Under the pieces are notes generated by a model. The model had not been told where the DNA came from, did not search any database, and saw nothing but the letters and a program-made list of their open reading frames with translations. The position numbers and the translations under genes are program-made. From the NCBI GenBank assembly GCA_964276515.1, contig OZ193909.1, positions 806,001 to 870,000 on the forward strand: 64,000 nucleotides of DNA, written 5' to 3'. The stretch comes from Gordius albopunctatus (lineage: Eukaryota). This document shows, in pieces, positions 23,600 to 35,366 of the stretch (its first letter is position 1; each line of letters opens with the position of its first letter).

Positions 23600-25616
23600 T
23601 TCTAATTTGCGATTAAAATACAGACCGGGTAGCGCTGGTGAATTTATTTAAAAAGTTAAATGGCAGTTAAAGGATGGGGCATCAATATAGATAAAAATAT
23701 TTGAAGATAGGAGGGCGTGCTATTTAAAAATGTAATTTATTAAGGGATTCAATATTAAATATGGATTGTAAATAGGAATATTTTAATTTAGTTAAACAAC
23801 TAATAATAATTGATTTTGTTATATATAATCAATAAATTTTGATTTTATCTAAAAATTATATTTTTTTCTAAAAATTAAATTCATTTTTGATTTGCAAATG
23901 TTTTTAACGGGGACCAATTGCCTTTATAATTATTGTAATGCAATATTGAGATTTTTGAAAAGTTTAATAAACATGATATAGTAGTTTAGTGTTGTAAACA
24001 CGACTAGTTTTTGTTGGTCAACCTTTAGTCTTGGTCACTAAACATAAACTTTTCTACAACACTAATATATAGTTAATTTAAAAACTAAATTTTTTAAGAA
24101 AAATTACATATTTTCTAAAAGGAACATATGGAAAAATATAATCTATTAAACATTCTCATAGCTCCTTCGAATTTGTACGATATTATTTAATTGTTTTTTA
24201 TGTAATAAAATATATTAAAAATTCTATTTAAATGGTCAATAATATGTATGATTTACTTTGATGTATAGCCTCTAACGATGAGGAGATATTTTATGTTTCA
24301 TAGGATCCAATTTGTAAATTTTTAAATCCATTTTCCGGCAAAAAAATGTTTTTATATGTAAATTTGTCGTTGAAAAAATTGACCTGGCAACACAGAATAG
24401 AAAAAGTTTTAAAGGTTTGATTGATGATAAAATTCACATGTCTGGTTATTCAGAACTAAACTAGTTGTAACAGCTTTATTACACTGAACAATGTTGCCAA
24501 ATTTGAAAGAAAAAAAAACAACAAAATTTTCGGAATTTTGCCAAAAATAGCACTAATATTTGGGGAAATTTTATTAAATTAAATTTTATGGGACTCGCCA
24601 TGTAAACCTTTCACTGTTTGCGATGATATTGATCGATGATTTTAAAAAGGAAATCAAATAATTTATTTTTTGTAATTTTAAAAAATGAATTTATTTTTTA
24701 GAATTCATTCTATGACTATTACTAGTAATAAAATTGGCCTATTTTTTCGAAATTAATAAATCTCACTTCGTAATATTGAAAAAAGATGGTTTCAAAAGAG
24801 TTGTTATCCTAATATATTTTGAAACTTTTCGTAATAATTTTAAAAAATTTAATTTGGTCAAATATTTATTCTGCCTTTGAGTATTACAGGATGTTTATTC
24901 ATTTTAAAGTAGGACAATAGATGACCTAACTAGGCTTCGATTCGCCCAAAAAAGTAAATTAGATGCATTTTATGTTTGTGTATTAAATGTTTTTCCAACC
25001 TTTTTTCCAATTTTAATAAAATTACACTATTTATATGGAAATTTTTAATAATTACGTTTGTTTTAGCTGTGGAATTTAACTGATTTTACGCTTTCAAAAA
25101 CACGATATTCTCATCAAAGAGAAAACCGAAATAAAATACTTAGAAAAACATAAAGAAGTTATATAGTAGATTTTATAATAATATAAAGATAATAGCAAAA
25201 TGAGAATTAAAAATCAAAGATTATTTAAAACCCAAGCTAAATTTTCTTTTCTTCGATCCTTAGTATGCAAACGGCAACCTTTAAATCCTTTTAAAATTGA
25301 TGAATAAAGAAGTTATATTTTAAAAAAAGTCTCCATATTCCCACCCGTTTTGCTATTGCTAAAACTTATTTTTTAAACATTTTATAAATTGTAGGATTTG
25401 ATTTTTTTAAAAATATTTATTGGAATTAGTAGATTGCACAACACAAACATATAAAAGGTTTAAAACTATGTTTAAAAATTGGTATCCTTTTTTTATTTGT
25501 GTTAAATTATGATCATTTTAAGAATGGGGTTCGCTATACCCCGCAACCACAACTCTGCTCAGGATTGAGATTTTCAAAAGTATTGTAGAGGCTTAATATA
25601 AAAAAATATAGCTATA

Positions 25617-25816
25617 NNNNNNNNNNNNNNNNNNNNNNNNNNNNNNNNNNNNNNNNNNNNNNNNNNNNNNNNNNNNNNNNNNNNNNNNNNNNNNNNNNNN
25701 NNNNNNNNNNNNNNNNNNNNNNNNNNNNNNNNNNNNNNNNNNNNNNNNNNNNNNNNNNNNNNNNNNNNNNNNNNNNNNNNNNNNNNNNNNNNNNNNNNNN
25801 NNNNNNNNNNNNNNNN
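25617..25816. other. Assembly gap (200 N)
   Basis: Run of exactly 200 N. True adjacency and distance across it are unknown. Confidence 1.
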
Positions 25817-27288
25817 TGTTAAGATTAAAAAAGTTTTAAAAAATTACTACTCATATAATGTTCACAGGACTATGTAGATAAAATTTGTATTTTTTGACCG
25901 ATTTAGAGTCCCATCTAAATTATCACTTGAAAGTGCCAAGTCGTTCATAAGCACCTTTTCCCTAATGCTGATCTAAAAAATTTTCAAATTAATTTCTTTC
26001 AACTATACTCCACTTTCGATCCGCATCTCGTGTACGACGCCCTATGGCTGATATCTTGCGAAGTGGGTTTATAAGTTTAATTTATTAAAACTTCTTACTA
26101 ATTCCTTTGTTGAGTAGGCTATTTAGTTAGAGCATACAAAATATTTTTATGTTAAATAAAAGGTGAGGGTGGGTATTCTGAATAATTTTTTTTTAATTTA
26201 CATTTCAAAAAAGTCGGGCTCGGGTCAGGCTTGAGGAAAAAAATAATTTGGGGCTCGGGTCGGGATTGGGCAAAATAAAATAAAAAGTGTCAGGCTCGGG
26301 CCAAAGAAATTTAATTTTGCATAATTAAGGGTGATGTCCGGATCTCTTATCATATTCATCCTACCTTTACCCACTTTCTTTTTCAAGCCACACTAGGTCG
26401 TCCTCATCCTCTCTTCCCTAGAATCTTTATAAACAAAATTTTTAGATTTAAATTTGGGCATTAAGCTTGAAGAGAATAATGAAGTCGATCTACCACTAAC
26501 GACCACATACACGCTAATTTCTCGTGTAACCTTAATATTGAAGCGTTTTTAATTTCTCACGCGTGAGTCTTTTTGTTCTCTTTACGTTGTGCCTTAGCTT
26601 GCTAACACACACTCCATAATTTAATTCACTATTAGAGAGATTAGATCGATCATATTAAATTATTGTCCTGAATTATTGTGTTATATCTCTAGATTTGGAT
26701 ATTGATCTGGGAAATACATAAATCTTAGTAGGCGGGTATAAACCTGCTTAATATTCATTTGAATATTAAATTTATATATATAATTAAATTCTAATTTTAC
26801 GATTTTTATTGCTAATTTATGATCTTGAAAAACTAATTTAACGAATAAAAACATTTTTTGGGCTGGGACTTGTTAAAAGAGAATCTTTATATACCATATT
26901 ATTACTAAATTATTACGCAATAATCTTAGATTTTTTTTCTGCTCTTATCTAATCCAAATCATAAATAGCTTAATAGTACCTAACTAATAAATCGTCAAAT
27001 AGACAAAAACACATCAATTATACACTGTCTGTTGGATTTTATTTAATCACGTACCTTGAAATAATATATTTTTATGTTATGAGAAATTTAACATTTAAAG
27101 TTTCTTTTTTGCCACAATTTATTTAGATAAGTAAGATTATGGTCATGACGATTCAAAATTTTTATTATATATTTATATATTAATAGGTATATGATTATAA
27201 GGCTTAGGCGTCCTAGTAGGTTTGAAAATATATTATGCTTTTAATATTGTACACAGTCGTACTTGGACGATTTGTCAGCTGTTTGAAT

Positions 27289-30200
27289 ATGTTATTTTTT
27301 AAATTTAAAATATTTTATACATTATCTCAACGGTTACATAGGTTATGTGTAGTAGGGAGTGGCCCTTCGGCATTTTACACGGCACAATATATTCTTAAGG
27401 TTTTTATGTATAAACTTGTTTTTCATTAATGGTAGAAAGTTGTAAACATAAATATAGATATGATTGAAAGGCTTCCATATCCATTTGGGCTTGTTAGATA
27501 TGGGGTTGCACCAGATCACCAATCTGCTAAAGTAAGTATAACATCTCTACACTTGTAAAATATTGTTAGAATGTTATAAATAAGTTTGAAACAACTATGG
27601 AAGACCCACGACTGTCATTTTTAGGCAATATAAATATTGGTAAAGATGTTCCTCTTACGAATCTATTAGATGCCTATGATGCAGTGATTTTGGTTAGTCT
27701 TGATAACTCCATATTTGTAATTTTTATCTATAATTTTAAATGGTTTGCTTTTATTTATTATGTATTTTTAGTGTTATGGTTCATTTAATAAGCAGAATAT
27801 CAATATACCTGGAGAGGTGACTTTTATAAATTTATGCAAACCAAACAAATGTTATTTTGTGTCTAATAAAGCTCTTTAATAATTATAAAAATTTAGAACT
27901 TATCAGGAGTTTTCTCAGCGCAGTCATTTGTGGGATGGTACAATGGTCATCCTGATCATAAAGACGTATAAATTATAATTTTATGTTTAAGCTTTAATTT
28001 GTATCACAATTTCCTTATAACTTAAGATATAATTTTAAAACATGATAAAAATTATGTGTACATGCTAGGTTTTTTTTACATATTAGTGTTGATTGTAATT
28101 GAGAAAAAAATGTTTAAACTATTTTATGGGCTCCAAAGCTAGTACAATTTATTTTTTTGATTCAATGACTTAATTTAAAATGCCAATAACTCATGATATA
28201 TCACAATATTATTATTTTTTTGTAATAAAATGATGGTAGCACAGTAATTAGTAGATTATTGACCTTTCTCTTATAGTACAAATATAATTGTAATGACTAT
28301 ATATATGCTTACTTTAGTTCAAACCAAATTTAGATGCAGAATCAGTAGTCATTATTGGTATGGGCAATGTTAGTTTGGACATAGCTAGAATACTTCTGAC
28401 GCCACATCAGCTATTACAAGTGATGTTTTAATGAAAGACAATTTTATTATTTTTAATTTTATTTTTAAAAATAAATTATAAATATTTCAAATGTCCAATT
28501 TAGCCAACAGATATTTCGGAAAATGCCCTGGCAAACCTGGCTCGTAAAAAAACGAGGCATGTAGTGTTAACCGGTAGACGAGGTCCCATGGAAGCAGCTT
28601 ACACTATTAAAGAATTTCGAAAAATAACAAACATCCCAGAATGTCAGCTGATTTTAAATCCTCACGACTTTCACTCATTAGAAACTGGGGGTAAATGTTC
28701 AAAATACGTAAAATTATAGGTTCTCTATGTTTGTATAAATCAAATATAAATGTGATCATATGTTCTAGATTCAATAAAATGTTAAGACAATATAACTATA
28801 AATTTTGTGGCACATATATATTCATAGGCATAGCCAATAGAGGAGAGGGGGGCAGGAAGGCGCCGCTGCCCCCCTCTAAATCCAAAAATTTGTTGAAATT
28901 CATTATAGTTTTATGGCTTAAATTTCCCCGCCCCTCTAATTCCAGTGCTGGCTATCTCTATGTCGAAGAGAAATTTGAAAAAAAATTAAATTGGTACAAC
29001 TTTAGTAAAACGTATTTAAAAAGTTGTATTCATGTTTTTAAATCTAAAAAAAAGATTTGCCGAGGCCCAAGGCTAGGCTAAAAGATTTGTACAATTCCCT
29101 ATTGCAAAAACAAAATTCCTCCGAGCCCGCTAATAGTTTGGATGGAATGGGCAATGTCATAGAATTTAGATTCTGCCTCAAGCCAAAAGGCATTATGGGA
29201 CACGAAAGCCAATTTGTATCCGGGGTGAAGTTTGAAAAGACCAACATGCCCGAGCTCCAGGTATGCAGTAGCGTAGGGAAGAGAGGGGGTTCTAGCCCCC
29301 CCCCCCCATGGACAAAAAAATTAATTTTTTTTTCAAATCATAAGAAAAAATTCAATGATATTTATTAATAATGTTCTTGTTAATGTTGTGCATATAGAAA
29401 TAGTTTTAATTTTAGATGAAATCTAGTCGTTCTAACACTATTTATACAAAAATTTTGTGTCCCGAGTGCGTGTTTTTTTTTAATAAGAACTTTAATTCTT
29501 AATTATTTCTCTAAAAAACTATCCCAAACTCTAAAATAAACGAGGAAGGTGCTAATACAAGCTAAATTTTAGTTATAAGGGTAATAAATTATTTTGTTTT
29601 TCTATGTATCTAACATGGTTATTTAAACTTACAATAGTTCTTTGTTTATAAAAATTGCGGGTATCATACTACTAGAGAAGAGTATAAAATACAAATATAA
29701 TTAATACTCAATGTAAATCATGGGCGTAGGCAGGGGGGGGGCGGCCGCCCCCCCCCCTGAATGAGAATTTTTCTATTTTTTAATGTAAATTTATGTAAAA
29801 ATTGGAAAAAATTAGTGTTTCGCCCCCCCTGATTGAAATTAAGTTTTATGTTGAAAATTTTATTTCACGAACTTTTGACGCAAATTTAAATTATTATTGA
29901 GATTAGTAGTTGCGTTTGTGTTAGTTCCTTCATACATCGTTTACATATCCTCTGTACACTGTACTGTTGATTAATAATGAGTTTTTATGTGGGTTGAGGC
30001 CAAAGAATAGCAAAATATTTAAATATTTTAATTACTAACGTTAAATACCAAAAAAAGGTCTTGGCGACCTTTTTTTTTTTTTTTTGCTCTCACTTAGTCT
30101 CGGCGATTTTTTTTGCTCGCCCCCCCCCCCCTGATCCGAAAGCTGGCTACGCCCATGATGTAAATGATAATTTTGCAAAGCGTTTTGCACATTTCATTAA

Positions 30201-33200
30201 TGCATGCTTCATTTTCAGTCATACTTTAAAATCTAATTTCTTTAGAAATTGTGCGCGCTAATTCTACATTAGAAATTCATGTGAAAATTCAACTAAAAAT
30301 TAATATTCCTTATGGTTTAGTAAATTTATTCCTTAAGGTTTACTTTTTGATCCTTATGACATCGCTAACTTTATTAAAGCAAATAGAGCTAGCACCGCCG
30401 AAGCCGGGTACGCATGGACTTTTCGTTAAAAATTGGAGGACGGGCTGGAGACGAGCTTAGCTATTAGTAGGGGCAAAACCTTTTTATTTTAATGTATAAA
30501 AATGGTGTTTTTATTTGATTTTAAAATATTGGTGGTGGTGATAGCTCTACAAGATTATTTAAAGGTAAGATTTTTAATTAAAGTAATTTTTATTTTATTA
30601 ATTTTACTCTTAATTTTGACATTGCTTTTATATAATAAAAATTTTCCCATATTTTTAATCAAAGCATCGTTATTCACAATTTAATTAAGTCATAACGTAA
30701 CATTAAATAAAATAGTTTTCGCGTTAATTATATTTACAATTATTTTTTGTTGTTGAAAAATGTTTAGTATGCAACCTTCAGTTTTATTAAATATTTACTA
30801 TTGTTTATTAATTATCGCGTTAATTCTTGTAATTATCTTGCTGTTTGTATTAATTAAGGTTAAAAGAGTGGAAAAGGTTTGTGTTATTAAAGGTAAAGAT
30901 AAACGACGTTGTTTTATATGTAATACTAGATGAACGCGGCAAACTTTGTTTTGCCATTTACCCGGGCCGGGTGTATTAAATTATGTTTGAATTTTAGGGC
31001 ATACATGATGATAAAGCGGTTATTGAAGTAAAAATAAAGTTTGATGTCGTCTATATGTTCTACTTCTATTGTCCTATTTCCGTATCCACTGCAACGCGTA
31101 CGAATACTCGAAAACTACTGCACCGATTTGGCTCGAACAAATCCTAAAACATGCTCTGGAGTGTGAGGAATAAACTGTAATATTTTGAGCCAAATCGGTC
31201 TGGTAGCTTTCCAAAATTGGTGGCGGCATATATACAAATAGAGGTGTGCACAGATCGATCCGATCCGTCCGAACTCGGATCGGATCAACATTTTATTTTA
31301 GTCGGATCGGATTTGCCCACAAGGCCCAGCCTACACTCCCCACAAATTTCTGATATATTCTGCGGCTTTTAAAGCATTTTTTGTGACTACTAAAACAATC
31401 ATTTATTTATAGGTTAAAAATGTTCAATAAACACGCTTTTGGCGCTTCCAACAAGTAACGTATCGTTAAATTTTCACTAGTAGCACTTTCAGCTGCATAA
31501 TTCCATTTATAATAATTGAAACTCTATGCAAGGTTAATTTTATATAACTAAAGATTCCTTATTAATTTTTTACGATCCCCTTATTAAAAAAATAAAAACT
31601 CTTAGAATCCACTCATTTAAAAATCACAAATTTTATGAATTAATAGCAAACAAAATTTAATATGGATTTAATAATAGTGCCAAGTTGAGTAAAAAATAAA
31701 ATTTGATAAACATCAATATTTTATATTAAAAAAAATTTACTAGACATAATACTAATAGATGAACCGGCATCGATGGGAAAACTCAAATCGATACCTTCTA
31801 TATTAATATTAACATAAGGTGTCTGTGAGGAATAAAAAAAATTTATAAATACAAATCTTGGCGTAATAACCGTGTTAGACGGAGGTATTTGTCAATTATA
31901 ATTATTAAATGACCCTGCCCTTTCATGGACAGAACGCTGACCCTCCTGATTACATCTACAATCATGTTTACAACGATCGTTATCAAAATATGGATCATTA
32001 AATTGTACTCGATGACCAAAATTTTTCCATCTCAAAAAACAATTTTCTCTAACATGACCTGGCTTATCTTATATATACAAATGAAACTATGTATGTATAT
32101 ATGCCGCCACCAATTTTGGAAAACTACCAGACCGATTTGGCTCTTCCCCACACTCATAACTTAAAAATTTGTCTTCGATATATAGCCTACTCAACAAAGG
32201 AATTACTTAATAATTTTTTAACACCAAAGTTATAACCCCTCTGCTAGATCAGCATTAGGAAAAGGATGCATATGAATGACCTGGAACTTTTAAATCATAA
32301 TTTAGATGGTACTTCTTCTAATCGATCAAAAAATTAAACTTTCCTGTGAACAATACATTAGACATTAATTTTTAATAACTCCAATTTTTCCCATTTGACT
32401 TTATTTATACTTTTTTAATCTTAACAAAAATAAACGTTAATTTTATTAAATACCATGCATATGATAATTGTAAAATCGCGCTATTAAAATTTTCCTGGGA
32501 TCAGCTATTACGTTCTTTAAAAAAATTAGCACTCTTCACGAACGTCCAAGTACAGGTTTGTTGTATATTAAAAGATTTGTAGACTATTTTAGCTTGATTT
32601 TGGCTCGGGCCTCGGGTCGACCTATCAGGCCCGACCCGAGTCCGATTAAAATTTAATATTTGGTCCGAGCCCGGCCCGATATGGCTTTACGTATTATTTA
32701 TCATTTTTTGAAACCCCCCCCCTTGAGGCAATCCTGGATACGCCTATGCAGGTATGATTAGGTTTTTTTTATAAAATGCAATTTTTATTTTAGTAAATGA
32801 TAGACGAATGTATTTGGATTTTAACGTTAATTATAGAAAGCGGAAGAACGTAACGGAGATGGTAGACTAGTAGATATACCTTGTGGAATGGTAACAAAAA
32901 TATCAAATTTTTTGACATTAGAATATATAAAAAGGCCGAGTTATTGACGTTTGAAAAGCGCCCAAATCGCTGTTTTTACCAACTTTGACAGCAAATATTT
33001 TAAAAACTTAGAGGGAAATTAGAATAATATATTTGTGTTTACCATAAAAAATTCTACCTGAATCTGTTATAAGTTCATTATTTGTTGAGCAGTGAATGAA
33101 AGTTAACCACGCATATTTCCCCTCATATTTAATGTCATATGTGTAGAGTATTTCCAATAAATTATCAATAGGAGATGATAATATAAATTAAATAGATTTA

Positions 33201-35181
33201 ATATAATAAATATCAATTTGTTTTGTTTTAACCGTAATTGTAAATTAATGCGATACCTAAACTATGTTTAAGGTGATAAAATCCATAGGATTCAAAGGTC
33301 AAGATTTGGATCCATCCTTTCCATTAGTCGATTCTTCTGGAATTATACCCAACGAACGGGGTCGAGTTATTGGACATAAAGGTAATAATGAATTTTACCC
33401 TAATTTATGCTAAGTGGTTTTATTACGAATATAAGGGCCCAGTTGATTATAAGTTAGCTGTATCGAATTAGTACTAAGTGGAAAAAATCTATCGAAGGGA
33501 AGATGGATATTTGACGGAGCAACCTTTTGCTTGAAATGTAAGGAGCAAAGGAGTAGACTCCCGAAAAGACTGGGTTAGAAGCTTAACACACACCGTGATG
33601 TTTTTATATATGAAATATCCCCATCCTCAATTCCCTTTGGAAAAATTGTCGTGTCGTGCCGCCACCTAGAATTGCATAGCAAATTAAATTGAACTAATAT
33701 CCCTATACGACCGACCTATAGGAGAGATAAGGGTTAAAGCTTAGGAAAAAATTGTTTTTTTTATCTAGTTATGTTTATGGATAACACTAATAGTAATGGA
33801 TCGAATGATAAATGTTGGAGGGCAATTCTTGGAAGGATATAAGACACGGTCTTATCAACAAAATGGATACTTTATATTTACAATTAGATCAATAACATAT
33901 CAAAAAATGCGATGTAACTTATCGATGAATATAACGTATAGACAGCAAAGATGGAGGAAAATTATAATATATCCGGTTGGAGAATAATTATTTTTTTAAG
34001 AATTGTTTTTTATTTCACAAAAAAGAAAATGTGTGTAGCGAGGAGATCTTCTGGCATGGTTGAGGAATTAATGGCATAATGAAAACAAGCGATTACACAG
34101 GTCTACAAAAAAACTACCCTTCAATCGGACTTATATTTGCGCTTATTTTTCCAAAACTTCCAGTTTTTTAGATAAGCGAGGTTGAAGGTTGTAAAATATC
34201 CCCATTTTATCGTTTTTTGAGGCTATATTGCCACTGCATTTCTAATTTATACAGAAAAATATTTATTCCTGTACGTTTAAGTGTCTTCTATAGGTCCATT
34301 ATTTTAAAAAACTGAAAGTTGTGGGAAAAAAACTAAAAACAGATTTTTCAGCGCAAAAAATGTATCAGAATTATAGTATGATTGCCGGATGGAAACACAA
34401 CGTCTCTCTTTGATTTCCTTTTAATAAAAAGAACTTTAACATAAAAATTGTATATATATTTTTGATCACAAGGACTATATTGTAGTGGTTGGATCAAAAC
34501 CGGCTCGGTTGGCGATATTTCTACTACAATGTACGATGCCTATGAAACGGCACAATCCCTTATCGAAGATCTAAACTCTACCCCAACAAATCCATGTCAT
34601 CACAAGGAAAAAGGAGGCATCCGTAAATTAATTTCTGAAAACGGTAATATATTTTTTACCATAACTAAGGGCAGTACGATGCAAATTGTGATAACTATTT
34701 TCGATAATTCCGACTAGAGATAACATTTAAAAATGAATAAATGACTCGATCAATAGATATTTAAAGTATCTGTCTCTTAAATTTTATAAGCCTAAAAGAT
34801 ATTTTGCAATATCATGCCCACATAAAATTTCTACTAAATAAATTTTTATATAGGCGGTAAAAAACATTTGTTTCAATTTTGAAAAGTCAACGGTAAAAAT
34901 GACGACCATTTTTTTAAAGTTATTTGGGGGTGAAAAATTAAAAAAAATTGTCGCCAAAGACCGATATTTAATCTTTGAGCCCTCGAAAAGTAGTGGCCCA
35001 AATAAGGTTAAAATTGTTATTTAGTAAGCAGTTTTAAAGATGCATCCTTCCAATCTAATATGTTAATTGTTTTTTTACAGATTTAAAAGTAACAACTTGG
35101 CATGACTGGAAGAAGGTCAATCAAATTGAAATTGAACGAGGTAAGGAGAAAAACAAATTGAGGGAAAAAATGATAGACTAA
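27289..35181 (+). CDS. FDXR: NADPH:adrenodoxin oxidoreductase (mitochondrial ferredoxin reductase), ~457 aa, 12 exons
   Basis: Exons 27289-27399 (alternative in-frame ATG at 27235), 27436-27531, 27570-27692, 27772-27816, 27897-27965, 28318-28419, 28504-28690, 29055-29260, 32837-32890, 33273-33381, 34473-34643, 35081-35181. Motifs [67 protein letters not shown]. Confidence 0.96.
29266..32748. mobile_element. ~3.5-kb non-autonomous hAT-like element in FDXR intron 8
   Basis: 8-bp direct repeat CAGGTATG at 29258-29265 and 32749-32756. Imperfect TIRs CAGTAGCGTAG / GATACGCCTATG resemble the local CATGGGCGTAGCC MITE ends. Confidence 0.75.
29719..30157. mobile_element. hAT-like MITE, CATGGGCGTAG(C/G)CAG family (clean nested copy)
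   Basis: TIRs CATGGGCGTAGGCAG / CTGGCTACGCCCATG with perfect 8-bp TSD ATGTAAAT. Relatives start at ~2908, 3776, 6490, 14165, 15059, 16484, 18452, 21146, 28823, 41460, 53603, 53985 and 56419. Confidence 0.9.
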
Positions 35182-35366
35182 ATACAAACGAAGACCATCT
35201 TCTAATTTATCGCCAAGGAATAATTACGATGGATCATATACATAGTTTATATCGTGTAGAAAAAAATTATTTACAAATTTATTTAAAAGTAGTTGCTATG
35301 ATATATGGTATGTGTGTTATAAATAACAATGAATATTATTCTCGGTCCACCTCCGGCACAAGGACA

